This document shows, piece after piece, positions 1 to 10,366 of a DNA stretch of 64,000 nucleotides. The DNA is taken from contig CANQUF010000001.1 of NCBI GenBank assembly GCA_947626975.1, forward strand, positions 22,980 to 86,979, read 5' to 3'. The translations under genes were made by a program, and so were the position numbers. The stretch comes from an uncultured Clostridia bacterium (GTDB taxonomy: Bacteria; Bacillota; Clostridia; TANB77; CAG-465). Every line of letters starts with the position of its first letter. The stretch's first letter is position 1. The notes below the pieces were generated by a model. That model was not told the DNA's origin. It saw only the letters and a list, made by a program, of their open reading frames with translations, and made no database searches.

Positions 1-786
1 TTTTGTGATTTATTAAAAAGTCTTCCTGAATATAAAAAACTGCTATGGAATTTTCCGAGGAACATATCTGTCTGCGACAACAGATTGTTAATTAACATTA
101 AGTTTCCTCCTTCTTATACGTATGATAAGGAAGTAATTTCATACGATGTTTTAATAGACGAGGATTTTTTAAAGGGATGTATGCAAGATGCTATATATAC
201 GTTACTAGAAAAAACTATAGCTCCATCTCCAAATAGTATTATAAAACTAGCATTAAAAATTTATTGTAAGGCTTTTTCAGTTACCATCATTAATAGTGAT
301 AAATTATTCCTTTGCTTCCTTAAAATTCTAAATGAATTAGAATCTTATAAAAACATTTTAAATAATGTGAGAACCAAAAGTTTAGTGTTTAAAGATAAAA
401 AGTTTTGCATAAAAACAACTTATCCTGGACACTTTGGTATCAATAGTACCTACGAAGAGATACTTTTTGACCCAATTGAAATAAGGTCATGTATAATTGA
501 TTCAATCATTGCGTTAATGCCTGAGGGACATCGTGCTCTAAATTCAGGAAATATAATTTCGCATGCATTAAAGCTTTATACAGGTGTTTATTCATTTACA
601 TTTCCCCAAAATACTGTCCCTGTTCTAGAGAAATTGCGAGATATGGTAAATGAAGAATTTATACCTATATATAAAAAGCTTGGTACACCTATATCTGAGT
701 CTAAGATTAGACAAAAAGCTATTAATGATTATCCAGCAGTTAGACCAAAGGATATAATCGGGTATGCAATTTCAAAAAAATTCTAA
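1..786 (+). CDS. hypothetical protein, 5'-truncated at window edge
   Basis: The frame of the listed 85..786 ORF stays open back to nt 1 with no stop, so the 'start' at 85 (TTG) is probably internal. No recognisable family motif. It is on the opposite strand to the downstream locus. Confidence 0.4.
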   Translation, partial: FCDLLKSLPEYKKLLWNFPRNISVCDNRLLINIKFPPSYTYDKEVISYDVLIDEDFLKGCMQDAIYTLLEKTIAPSPNSIIKLALKIYCKAFSVTIINSDKLFLCFLKILNELESYKNILNNVRTKSLVFKDKKFCIKTTYPGHFGINSTYEEILFDPIEIRSCIIDSIIALMPEGHRALNSGNIISHALKLYTGVYSFTFPQNTVPVLEKLRDMVNEEFIPIYKKLGTPISESKIRQKAINDYPAVRPKDIIGYAISKKF

Positions 787-796
787 ATAACAAAAT

Positions 797-830
797 GGCA
801 CCCTAGAATTTACTAGGGTACCGTTTTTAT
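797..830. terminator. bidirectional rho-independent terminator (hairpin ggcaccctag/ctagggtacc plus T-tract)
   Basis: 10-bp inverted repeat 797-806/813-822 with a 6-nt loop, followed by TTTTT on the plus strand and a U-rich run on the minus strand. It lies between convergent genes. Confidence 0.6.
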
Positions 831-831
831 T

Positions 832-1722
832 TTAATATATAATATTTACTTTTGATTTTCTTAAATAACTAGAAAATTCATCTATACTCATACTTCTATT
901 AGCATAAATTCTTGGAATTTCATATAAATTATGCTTATTAGAATAATATACTCCACCACTCATAGCAAGACCGTATTTATAATTATTTTTTGCAACTTCT
1001 ATTATATTTTTATTATACTTACCTATAGGATAACATATTGTATCTACTTTTATATCATATGTACTTTCCAAATATTTTTTAGAGTCTACTAGCTCTTTTT
1101 GCATCTCATTTAATGAAAGAGATGTAAGTTCACGATGAGTTAAAGTATGAGTTTGAACTGATACAAGGCCACTATCTATCATTTCTTTTATTTGATCACT
1201 AGTTAAATAATTAGGTCCATTAACATAGTTGCATATTATATAGATACTTGCTTTTTGATTATATTTTTTTAGCAATGGAAAAGCATTATTATAAAAATAT
1301 ACAAAGCAGTCATCAAATGTAAGTGCTACTGGTTTAGTATAATTTGATAAGTCCTCAATCTCATTTACAAATACAGTTTGATATCCATTATCAACAATAT
1401 ACTTTAATTGTTCTTCTAAAGTAGATGGTCTTAAAAAATTTTCAACATCTAAATTCTCACCATAATCATCTAAAATAAAATGATACATAAAAATTGGAAG
1501 TGATACGTCTAATTCTTTATATATTTTTTCTTCACCATTTGCAATACTAATATTTTCAATGTTTATATAATTTTTATCTTCTTTAAAAAAATTAAAAGTT
1601 TTTATTGCTATTAAATCTTTATTTTTTACAAAATAAAGAAAAGCTGGAGATAATAATAAAATTAAAATAATAAGAATAAACTTTATTCTATTTTTTACTT
1701 TAATTGTCATATATACCTCCAT
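832..1722 (-). CDS. polysaccharide deacetylase (NodB/CE4 family), N-terminal signal-anchor
   Basis: NodB motifs: LTFDDC, HTLTHRELTSLS and PIFMYHF. There is a single N-terminal TM after a basic stretch, so the catalytic domain is probably extracytoplasmic. It is paralogous to the 9050..9949 product. Confidence 0.75.
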   Translation of the reverse strand: MEVYMTIKVKNRIKFILIILILLLSPAFLYFVKNKDLIAIKTFNFFKEDKNYINIENISIANGEEKIYKELDVSLPIFMYHFILDDYGENLDVENFLRPSTLEEQLKYIVDNGYQTVFVNEIEDLSNYTKPVALTFDDCFVYFYNNAFPLLKKYNQKASIYIICNYVNGPNYLTSDQIKEMIDSGLVSVQTHTLTHRELTSLSLNEMQKELVDSKKYLESTYDIKVDTICYPIGKYNKNIIEVAKNNYKYGLAMSGGVYYSNKHNLYEIPRIYANRSMSIDEFSSYLRKSKVNIIY

Positions 1723-1783
1723 ATTTATTTTTATAAAATATTAATATTTAAATGATTTTAAATTTTATGTATTAATAATACAA

Positions 1784-3130
1784 TTATTTGTCTTTATCAA
1801 ATATTTTGGCACCTGTTCTCTTCTTAGAACTTAATTCATCTGACTTATTAACTAAATCTTCTTTATATTCTTTTTTATTATTTAATCTTTTTCTAATCTT
1901 AAGATCTTCATCTTTAGTTTTACTATTTACACTATTTTTATTATTTTTTTTGTATAAATATAAGATAAATATAAATTCAATAAGTATTATTGCTAACATT
2001 GCTAATATACCATACTTTGATCTTACTAAATTATATACTTTTCTTAAGAAACTATCATTATCATTTTCACTCTTTAAATAATTAATTTCTTCGTCTTCTA
2101 CTAAACTAGGATCTTTTACAACTTTTATTACGTATTCTTTCGTAGTAGTGCCATCTTCAGATGTTACTTTTACTGTAATAGTATTTTCTCCATCTTGTAA
2201 TCTGTCATTACCAATTATTTCAATATTTACATTTTCATTTTCTCCGAATGCAAGAATTTTTAAATTTTCTATACTTGCACCTACAGTACCGCAATCATAT
2301 TCAAATATTTCCTTTGAAAACTCAGGTGACAATGTAGCATTTTCTACAATCAAATTAAGCAAATATGAATTAGATTTTACCGGGTCAGCTGTTTTTGTAG
2401 CAACAATTGTATAAACTTTTTTTGTTCCATCTTGTGCAGTTACAGTTATAGTAATATTATTATCTCCTGCTTTTAAATCTTTATTACCAGTAATAGTAAC
2501 TTTTGAAGTTGATGCTTCTGGAACTGCTGTAATATTCAATTCACTTATATTTTCACCAATAGTTATAGTATAATTAGTTTTATTTTTATTAAAATTAGGC
2601 GTTAATCCTTCTTGATCTACTTGTAATTTTGATAAATATGCATTATTGTTTTTTACAGATGTATTTGATACTGTATTATTAGTAGTATTAATATTATTAT
2701 TATTAGTATTAGTATTATTTACTTGAGGTGCACTAACAGTTATAGTTTTTGATGCTGTTATAACACCAGTGCCATTAACTTTAGTATCAGTTTTAAAATC
2801 TACTGCTTCTAACATTTTAAATTCAAAGGTGTATGTTCCAACTGAAGTTGGTGTATAAGAATATGTCTTTGAAGCAATACCATTAATAGTGCTGCTATCA
2901 AAATTCCATAATCCTTCTGATTTTATTACTTGACCATTGCAAGTTAATGTTGCTGAGGTATATGCACCAACAGAAGTACCTAAATTAACATTTATATTAA
3001 CACTCTGTCCCAAAGTAATATTATTTGCACTCATACTAGCTGCTCTAATATCTTTAGATATAAAGAAATAAAATAAAATAATAAATACAAATATTATATA
3101 TCTAAACTTACTTTTCATATTTACCTCCAT
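1784..3130 (-). CDS. surface protein with two cadherin-like beta-sandwich domains, type-I membrane anchored
   Basis: Signal peptide, an Ig-like N-terminal domain and an N/T-rich linker. Two repeats of the LSxLxVxxGxLxPxFxxxxxxYxxxV...VTAxDGTxKxYTIxV pattern (cadherin-like beta-sandwich). C-terminal TM (ILAMLAIILIEFIFILYLY) plus a ~60-aa Lys-rich cytoplasmic tail. Confidence 0.6.
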   Translation of the reverse strand: MEVNMKSKFRYIIFVFIILFYFFISKDIRAASMSANNITLGQSVNINVNLGTSVGAYTSATLTCNGQVIKSEGLWNFDSSTINGIASKTYSYTPTSVGTYTFEFKMLEAVDFKTDTKVNGTGVITASKTITVSAPQVNNTNTNNNNINTTNNTVSNTSVKNNNAYLSKLQVDQEGLTPNFNKNKTNYTITIGENISELNITAVPEASTSKVTITGNKDLKAGDNNITITVTAQDGTKKVYTIVATKTADPVKSNSYLLNLIVENATLSPEFSKEIFEYDCGTVGASIENLKILAFGENENVNIEIIGNDRLQDGENTITVKVTSEDGTTTKEYVIKVVKDPSLVEDEEINYLKSENDNDSFLRKVYNLVRSKYGILAMLAIILIEFIFILYLYKKNNKNSVNSKTKDEDLKIRKRLNNKKEYKEDLVNKSDELSSKKRTGAKIFDKDK

Positions 3131-5649
3131 TACTCTTGTACAATTTTATTTATATTCAATATATGTTTTTGTAATTTTTGTAAATCAATCGTTGTTGGTT
3201 CACCACCATCTTTTTTTATATCAGATGATAGTTTTTGTATATTTGATAAAGCTTTTATTTTTAATATAGCTTTCTGCATTATTTGTAAATCAATTGTATT
3301 TATTAACCCTTCTCCATTTATATCACCATAAATAACAACTGAATAACTTTGAATCACATCTTTACTCTCTTTATCAGTAAGTTCAATAGTTGTTCCTGTT
3401 CCAACTAAATCATTATCTAAAATAATCTTGTTATTAATATCTTTTATTACAACTTCATATTTTTCTTTATTATATGTTAGTTTATTTAACAATTCAGAAA
3501 TTTTAGTATTTGGCTCTATTTTACTTATAATATTTTCTTTATCATTAACATTTATTTCTTTGTCAAATGTTAAGAAATCAGCTTCAGATATATCAATAAC
3601 TTTTACTTTAGCAGTTACACTTTTTTCACCATCTTTTGTCTTAAATACAACATCTGTACTACCAGAATTTACACCCTTTATTTTATTATTTTCAATTTTT
3701 ACAATATTTTCATTTTTACTTGTTACACTATACTCTTTATTTGTAGCATCATCTGGTGATATAGTAGGTACTATTGTCAAATACTTTCCTTTAATCATAG
3801 TATAATTTTCTTTAGGTATTGTTATATTTTCAACTTTTGATATAACTGTAACATTACAAGTTGAAGTAAGTCCAGTATCAATAGCTTTAACTGTTATTGT
3901 TGCATTACCTGATTTATTTGCAGTAATCTTTCCATTTTCTACTGATACAATACTTGAATCACTACTAGACCATTCTACATTTTTATTTGTGGCATCCTCT
4001 GGCTCAATTTTATACGTTAATTCTTTATTTTCGCCTTTATTTAAAGTAAGTTCAGTATCATCTAAAGTTATTTTTGTAACTTTTTTTACTACATTAACTT
4101 TACATGTTGCAGTCATTTCATTATCTAGAGATTTTACAGTAATTGTAGCTTCACCTTTTGATTTTGCTGTAAGTTTTCCATTTTCAACACTTACAATATC
4201 ACCATTACTACTAGACCATTCTACATCTTTGTTTGTTGCATTATTTGGTAATATTGTACAAGTAAGATCATATGTATCACCTAAATTCATTTCTAAATTT
4301 GTAGTATTTAAAGATATTCCTGTTACTTTTACATTTGTGTCAACTTCTTTTGTATAGTCTCTAAATACATATCCTTCTATACCGTTATCAAGTCTTACTT
4401 TATCCCATTGTGTATTTAAACTTTTAGCAATTCTTGTCATTTGGTCACCTTCATCAAGTTTTGCTACTATAGAGTATGTTGTTCCTGGACCTGATCTAAT
4501 ATACAATTTTGATGGAGCTACATCATAAGCGGCTATTCTTGTATTATCAGATACATACTCCTCTGAATTATTACCTGGATATGGTGAAAGAGAATCAGGC
4601 ATATTATTAAATACAGGAATATGAAACTCAAATACATTATTTAACATACCCATTTTTTCATATGCTGTATATGTACTATATGATTCATTTGTTGGTGCAA
4701 GAATATTTGTCATATATTGATACGCATAAAGTGCTATTGCATTTCCATATGGATTGTTTACGTCAAATTTTTGAAAGTATGTTGTATCTTGTCCCCACTT
4801 TATCCATTGATTTTTTAAGATATCTGTTCCACCTTTAATAGCACTATCAGGATCAGTCCAATTTTTATTTTTTGCATATTTAAGACCATTAGTAATAGAA
4901 TCTGGTGGAGTTGCACCAATATTAAAATAGTTGTATGGAACTACTCCATCAATAACAGTTGAACCGTTTATTGAACGATTAGAAGTAATATTTCCACCAG
5001 TTTCTTGTTTTATTCTTGATGCAATATATACACCACTAACGTTATATTGTTTTGCAGCATCTAGAATAATACTAGAATAAGTCTTATTCATATTAATCAT
5101 TGATCCTTGTTTTTGATATTCTGATCTATTATACATTGATGTACCATATAATACTTTTTCAATAGAATCTATAGTATCCATAGATTTACTATAGCTTAAA
5201 GTTTGAAATTGAAATACTTCTTTTTCATTTATATGGTTTCTTGGATCTAACATATATTTTACAGCTGGTATTGAAGCAATAACCCAACCACCATCATCAA
5301 TCTGATAATCTTGTCCATCTTTTTTCCATGCAGGATCATAACTTGATGGGACAGCACTAATTCCAGTATTTACTTCATAGCTTTCATGACTTACTGCCTC
5401 ATTCCAATCAAGACCTGTATATACTGCTTTAAATACCCAATTTGGATGAGCTTGCTTTAAGGCATTTATGTATGGTACGTAACTTGCTGGAAAATCATCT
5501 CTCATTTGTGATATAGGAAGTCCAGTCGTAATTTTTGCTTGTACTTGATTTATATTTGTAAATAATGGCATTATACTACATGTGATAATAGAAATTATTA
5601 CAAATAATATTGATATTTTCTTTATTTTTCCTTTTTTCTCATACATCAC
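3130..5649 (-). CDS. secreted multidomain glycan/peptidoglycan hydrolase (GH73-like catalytic region, SH3b, 3-4 Big_2 Ig-like domains, C-terminal dockerin-like module)
   Basis: Signal peptide. The N-terminal ~420 aa are paralogous to the N-terminus of the 1254-aa protein, with a QETGG...YNYFNIGA...GQDTTYFQKFDV pattern resembling glucosaminidase (GH73) motifs. The SH3b-like segment is SKLYIRSGPGTTYSIVAKL...GYVF. Big_2-like repeats follow (VTGISLN..., KITLDDTELTL..., ITIPKENYTMI...). The last ~65 aa look like a dockerin. Confidence 0.55.
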   Translation of the reverse strand: MMYEKKGKIKKISILFVIISIITCSIMPLFTNINQVQAKITTGLPISQMRDDFPASYVPYINALKQAHPNWVFKAVYTGLDWNEAVSHESYEVNTGISAVPSSYDPAWKKDGQDYQIDDGGWVIASIPAVKYMLDPRNHINEKEVFQFQTLSYSKSMDTIDSIEKVLYGTSMYNRSEYQKQGSMINMNKTYSSIILDAAKQYNVSGVYIASRIKQETGGNITSNRSINGSTVIDGVVPYNYFNIGATPPDSITNGLKYAKNKNWTDPDSAIKGGTDILKNQWIKWGQDTTYFQKFDVNNPYGNAIALYAYQYMTNILAPTNESYSTYTAYEKMGMLNNVFEFHIPVFNNMPDSLSPYPGNNSEEYVSDNTRIAAYDVAPSKLYIRSGPGTTYSIVAKLDEGDQMTRIAKSLNTQWDKVRLDNGIEGYVFRDYTKEVDTNVKVTGISLNTTNLEMNLGDTYDLTCTILPNNATNKDVEWSSSNGDIVSVENGKLTAKSKGEATITVKSLDNEMTATCKVNVVKKVTKITLDDTELTLNKGENKELTYKIEPEDATNKNVEWSSSDSSIVSVENGKITANKSGNATITVKAIDTGLTSTCNVTVISKVENITIPKENYTMIKGKYLTIVPTISPDDATNKEYSVTSKNENIVKIENNKIKGVNSGSTDVVFKTKDGEKSVTAKVKVIDISEADFLTFDKEINVNDKENIISKIEPNTKISELLNKLTYNKEKYEVVIKDINNKIILDNDLVGTGTTIELTDKESKDVIQSYSVVIYGDINGEGLINTIDLQIMQKAILKIKALSNIQKLSSDIKKDGGEPTTIDLQKLQKHILNINKIVQE
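3133..3340 (-). other. dockerin-like C-terminal module (two Ca-loop + helix segments)
   Basis: The first segment, GDINGEGLINTIDLQIMQKAIL, fits the type-I dockerin pattern (D-x-N-x-[DE]-G-x-I-N-x-x-D then LxxLxKxIL). The second, DIKKDGGEPTTIDLQKLQKHIL, has a conserved helix but a degenerate loop. Confidence 0.45.
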
Positions 5650-6413
5650 TTATTATCTCCTTTATTTAAAATTTGTATATAAGTTTTAACCTCTATAAAA
5701 TTATATCATAAAAGAAAAAAATGCAAAAGTATTTTGTAGAAATTTGTATACAGAATATATTATGTAAAAATGATATAGAGAAAAATTTTCAAGATAATTC
5801 TTGAATACTTTTTCCTTGTTAATTTCAATATGAAAATAGTTCTTCTACAATTTATTTAATATGTTAGTATCTTCGATATATTTTTTCCTTTGCCTTTTGT
5901 TGCTTTTAATAATGCATATTTATCTGTGCTATATGTTTTAACACATTATTTATGCTATAACTTCTGGAAGTAGTTGCATCAGTATGTATAAGGTACTATT
6001 TAGTATTTTCTTTTCTATATTTTCAATTAATAGTACAGATTTGTTTTTAATTCTATAATGAAATTTTCTATATTTCCATTAGATATATTTAGCTTGTTTT
6101 TTGATATCGATTTTATTAAATATGATAGTCTGTCAATTGCAACTAACCCTTCTATATTTAGAAAAGAGAATAAAGCTTTTATATCAGATCCATATTGTAC
6201 ATCTGTCTTAAATTCTTTTGGTATATTATATTTTCCATTTTCATCTTGATAAAATCTATATTCTTTAGCACTACATCTATTTTTATATCCAATACATATT
6301 TAGATATATATTTATCTGATACTTACCTACATTAATTACTTCATGAGTAACTTCTTATTATTTATTTGGTTTAATATCAGATGATGGAGGTAAGAGACGA
6401 ATTATCACTATTA

Positions 6414-6665
6414 TTACCTAATTGTTTTTTTAAGTCTATCTACTTCATTATATAATTTATTATTCTTGTCTTTTAAATCTTTTATTTTCTTTTTTAAGGC
6501 ATGTACTTCTTCTTTATGTGTTTTCTTTATTTGTTTAATTTCTTTTAAATATTTTTGAGAAGTTTGTCCTTTTACAATTTTTATTTCTTGTGATAAATTA
6601 TCACATTTTTTCATAACTTCTTCTAATTGTTTATACATATCATTCATCTGACCAATTGAAGACAT
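6414..6665 (-). CDS. small coiled-coil protein (83 aa), unknown function
   Basis: Heptad-rich Lys/Glu sequence with a plausible RBS (AAGGACGGTG) 7 nt upstream. It stands alone in a 1.4-kb AT-rich spacer. Confidence 0.3.
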   Translation of the reverse strand: MSSIGQMNDMYKQLEEVMKKCDNLSQEIKIVKGQTSQKYLKEIKQIKKTHKEEVHALKKKIKDLKDKNNKLYNEVDRLKKTIR

Positions 6666-7091
6666 AGTTTATCACCGTCCTTTAAATATATTATACAATA
6701 TATTTAGAGTAATACAAATTAAATTTATGTTACAAAATTGAGATAACAAACGAAAAAATATGAAAATGAGATAGAGTTATCCACATTTCCATATTTATAT
6801 TAAAAAAATTACTATTTTAACTTTTATTATATTAATATTTTCTTTGTATAATTATCCACAAATACATAATTTTGTTACTTAAATTTTATTTTTCTAGTCT
6901 AAATAGTAACAGATAACCGGTTTAATATATCAAATCTTATTGCATTGATACTTTTCTTGTTCTAATCCTTTAGTGACTCATTTAGAATAGTCGGGCTATA
7001 AAGGAATAAATTTTTTAGTATTATATTTTTTTCTGCACTATGTTATAATTTATTAATTTAACTATACATTATCGCGCTTTTTTGTATTATG

Positions 7092-8108
7092 TCAGTCACT
7101 ATTTAAAATATTCTTTTGATAATTCCAACTATCTCTACAAATATCCTCCAAAGTTTTTTCTGTTTTAAATCCTAATTCTTCTCGTGCTTTTGTTGGATCT
7201 GCATAATAGCAAGCTAAATCTCCAGGTCTTCTTTCTACAATTTTATATGGTATTTTTATATTATTTACTTTCTCAAAAGTTTTCACAATATCAAGTACAC
7301 TATATCCTGTTCCTGTTCCAAGATTATATATATATAATCCATTATCAGATGTATCTAATTTATTTAAAGCAAGCAAATGTCCTTTTGCTAAATCTACAAC
7401 ATGTATATAATCTCTAACTCCCGTTCCATCAGGTGTGTCATAATCATCGCCAAATACTGATAATTCACTTAAACTACCACTTGCAACTTTTTGAATATAT
7501 GGCATCAAGTTGTTTGGAATTCCTTGAGGTTCTTCACCTATAATTCCAGAACTATGTGCTCCAACAGGATTAAAATATCTTAAACTTACTATATTCCAAG
7601 TATTATCAGATTTATACAAATCATCAAGAATTATTTCTATCATTGACTTTGTAGTACCATAAGGACTTGTACCTCTTTTTATCTCCATACTTTCAACATA
7701 TTTTGTTGTACCTGGATTTCCGTATATAGTTGCTGATGAACTAAAAATGAATTTTTTAACATTATATTTTTTCATAACATCTAGTAATGTAAGTGCACCT
7801 GTAACATTATTTATATAATATTCTAAAGGTTTTTGTACAGACTCTCCTACTGCTTTATACCCTGCAAAATTTATTACTGCATCAATATCATTATTTTTAA
7901 AAATTTCTTCTAAAGTTTCTCTATTAGTATAATCTCCTTCATAAAATTTAAAGTCCTTATTTGTAATCTTTTTTATATTATCTAATGTTTTGGGTTTACT
8001 ATTAGAAAAGTTGTCAATAATAATTATTTCCCTTCCTGCATTTAATAGTTCTACACATGTATGAGAGCCAATATAACCTGCTCCTCCAGTTACTAGTATT
8101 TTCTTCAT
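7092..8108 (-). CDS. galE: UDP-glucose 4-epimerase
   Basis: Rossmann motif VTGGAGYIGSH, catalytic YGTTK (YxxxK), and a length (338 aa) and overall pattern typical of GalE. Confidence 0.85.
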   Translation of the reverse strand: MKKILVTGGAGYIGSHTCVELLNAGREIIIIDNFSNSKPKTLDNIKKITNKDFKFYEGDYTNRETLEEIFKNNDIDAVINFAGYKAVGESVQKPLEYYINNVTGALTLLDVMKKYNVKKFIFSSSATIYGNPGTTKYVESMEIKRGTSPYGTTKSMIEIILDDLYKSDNTWNIVSLRYFNPVGAHSSGIIGEEPQGIPNNLMPYIQKVASGSLSELSVFGDDYDTPDGTGVRDYIHVVDLAKGHLLALNKLDTSDNGLYIYNLGTGTGYSVLDIVKTFEKVNNIKIPYKIVERRPGDLACYYADPTKAREELGFKTEKTLEDICRDSWNYQKNILNSD

Positions 8109-8138
8109 ATAATTTCCTCCAAAAATTAAAACAAAAAA

Positions 8139-9059
8139 CTAATGTTTTAGTATTTTCTTTATTAATATTTCGAATATAAGTTCAAATTTCCTTATATATT
8201 TTAGAATTTTAAAAATTAATATTTGAAATAAATTAGCCTGGTTATACTTTTTTTGAAAGTATATCTTACTGTCAAATAATATATCTTGTTTTTTAAATAC
8301 ACTCATTATTTTACCTATAGTTTTGCTTTCATAATGAGTAAATGATAATTTATTTAAAGAGTATATATCGTAATTAAATTTCTTTGCATTTACACTTATA
8401 ATATCCTCTTCATAGAATAAAAAAGTATTATCATCAAAATATCCTATATTTTTAAACAGTTCGTGATTTGCAATAAAAAAAGATCCAGCTATTGCATCGA
8501 CTTTTAATATTTCTTTTTTAAAATCATCTTTAGAATATTCTCCTTTTTTAAAAAATGGATATAGTAAAAACTGTGTTATACGAGTAGAATTTGCAATATC
8601 AGTTATAACATTTCTATGCTTCCAAGCACTTCTTCTTGCAGGGCCATTTATGTAATTCATTCTTGGAGATGCTATTACACAATTTTCATTTTTATCTAAA
8701 AATTGAATTGTATTTATTATATCTTGCTCTTTTATATATACATCAGGATTTGATATTATAACGTATTTAAACGTATCAACTCCATAATGTTTATCAATAT
8801 ATTTTAAGCCATAATTATTACCATATGCATATCCACCATTCTTATTACTAACTATAACCTCAACTTTACTAGAAGTAAGCTTTTGTAGACTTTTAACTTC
8901 ATCTTTATTAGTGGAGTTATTGTCTACTATTATAACCTTATCTAATATTTTATAGTCTTTTATATTTTTTATAATTTCCTCTGTATTTTCTTTATCGTTA
9001 TAATTTAATATTATCATTGCTATAGACATAACAGTTACCTTTCTTAACTTTATTCCCAT
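8139..9059 (-). CDS. glycosyltransferase family 2
   Basis: GT-A N-terminus (IILNYNDKENT...IIVDNNSTN) and an acidic DxD region. It overlaps the upstream deacetylase gene by 10 nt. Confidence 0.7.
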   Translation of the reverse strand: MGIKLRKVTVMSIAMIILNYNDKENTEEIIKNIKDYKILDKVIIVDNNSTNKDEVKSLQKLTSSKVEVIVSNKNGGYAYGNNYGLKYIDKHYGVDTFKYVIISNPDVYIKEQDIINTIQFLDKNENCVIASPRMNYINGPARRSAWKHRNVITDIANSTRITQFLLYPFFKKGEYSKDDFKKEILKVDAIAGSFFIANHELFKNIGYFDDNTFLFYEEDIISVNAKKFNYDIYSLNKLSFTHYESKTIGKIMSVFKKQDILFDSKIYFQKKYNQANLFQILIFKILKYIRKFELIFEILIKKILKH

Positions 9060-9949
9060 TCTACATTAACTTTAGATTTTGTTACATAATCTTTAAATGT
9101 ATCCATTGACATAGATCTATTTACGTATATTCTAGGTATAGCATACATATTCTTATGTTTTGATGTATAATATGTACCACCAGTCATAGCGAGTCCATTT
9201 TTATATCCTATTTCTTTAGATAAATCTAATACTACATTATTAAATGATCCATAAGGATAACATATTGTTGTAGAATCTATACCTAAGTTCTCTTTTAAAT
9301 AAATTTTAGATTTATTTAATTCATTATATATACTATCTTTATTTAAATCTGCAAGTCTTGGATGCGTTACTGTATGAGATTGAATGTCGACAAGTCCACT
9401 ATCTTTCATTTCTTTTAACTCATCTAATTTAATATATCCAGGAGTACCAATTAAAGATGTAATAACATAATACGAAGCTTTCATATTATATTCTTTTAAT
9501 AACGGAAAAGCATTAATATAAAAGTCTTCCAAACCATCATCAAAAGTAAGCCAAACTGGTTTTGTAAAATTTTGTAAGTTTTCAATATCATCTTTATATA
9601 TTGTTTCATATCCATTATCTTTTAAATATTGAAGTTGCTTTTTTAACGTTTCTGGACGTACCATATTTTCTGGAAATTCATAATCACCTGTATCATCTCT
9701 TACAAAATGATACATAAATATTGGTACTGCTGCATCTAAACTTTTTACTTTCTTTAATTCGGCATTTGCTATATTATCTTGTAAAATAAAATTTACTGTA
9801 TTTTCTTTTTTATTTTCATTAGCTAAAGTTTTATTATTTAAACTTATTTTACTAAAATATATAGTTATTGCAACTATTATAGCTAATATTATACAAATGA
9901 ATATAACAAAAAACATTTTTTTATTTATTTTAGTAATTATATATACCAC
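9050..9949 (-). CDS. polysaccharide deacetylase (NodB/CE4), N-terminal signal-anchor
   Basis: WLTFDDGLEDFY, HTVTHPRL and PIFMYHF motifs, with a single N-terminal TM. It is paralogous to 832..1722. Confidence 0.75.
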   Translation of the reverse strand: MVYIITKINKKMFFVIFICIILAIIVAITIYFSKISLNNKTLANENKKENTVNFILQDNIANAELKKVKSLDAAVPIFMYHFVRDDTGDYEFPENMVRPETLKKQLQYLKDNGYETIYKDDIENLQNFTKPVWLTFDDGLEDFYINAFPLLKEYNMKASYYVITSLIGTPGYIKLDELKEMKDSGLVDIQSHTVTHPRLADLNKDSIYNELNKSKIYLKENLGIDSTTICYPYGSFNNVVLDLSKEIGYKNGLAMTGGTYYTSKHKNMYAIPRIYVNRSMSMDTFKDYVTKSKVNVEWE

Positions 9950-9975
9950 CTCTTATTAATTTAATTATTAAAGTT

Positions 9976-10365
9976 CTAATTACTACCTTTCAAAGTTTTT
10001 TTTGGTTTGATATTAATTACAATTATCCCAATTATAACAAGAGATACACCTATTATTCCATTTATAGTAATTTTTTCTTTAAAAAGTAAATAACCTGACA
10101 ATAAAGTTAAAACTTGTGTTATTCCAGAACTAATTGGCATTATATAACTTAAATCAAATTTTACTATAAGATTAGTAAATAAAAGAAAACTTAATATATA
10201 ACTAATAAATCCAAGTAAACTTATTAAACTCATAGAAAAAGAAAATGATCCTTGTCCAAATAAAAAAGTTCCTGTATTTCCTCCTATTTTCATTAATACT
10301 AATCCTAAAACTGTAAGTATTAAATATGATATAACAAATATAGTTTTTTTCATTTTTCCCCCCAT
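9976..10365 (-). CDS. small 4-TM EamA/SMR-like transporter subunit (ArnE/ArnF-like)
   Basis: About 125 aa, four predicted TM helices, and a tandem paralog immediately upstream. The pair architecture resembles heterodimeric undecaprenyl-phosphate-sugar flippases. Confidence 0.5.
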   Translation of the reverse strand: MGGKMKKTIFVISYLILTVLGLVLMKIGGNTGTFLFGQGSFSFSMSLISLLGFISYILSFLLFTNLIVKFDLSYIMPISSGITQVLTLLSGYLLFKEKITINGIIGVSLVIIGIIVINIKPKKTLKGSN

Positions 10366-10366
10366 A

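Noticed and set aside
3133-3340. Dockerin tail interpreted merely as a generic EF-hand Ca-binding motif
   Set aside because: The loop is followed by the dockerin-specific LxxLxKxIL helix twice. It is kept as dockerin-like at moderate confidence, pending an HMM check.
6060-6300. Transposase/IS element in the 5650-7091 spacer
   Set aside because: There is only a ~80-codon stop-free fragment with no start, no inverted terminal repeats, no target-site duplication and no DDE motif. At most it is a decayed remnant, reported as an observation and not as a mobile element.
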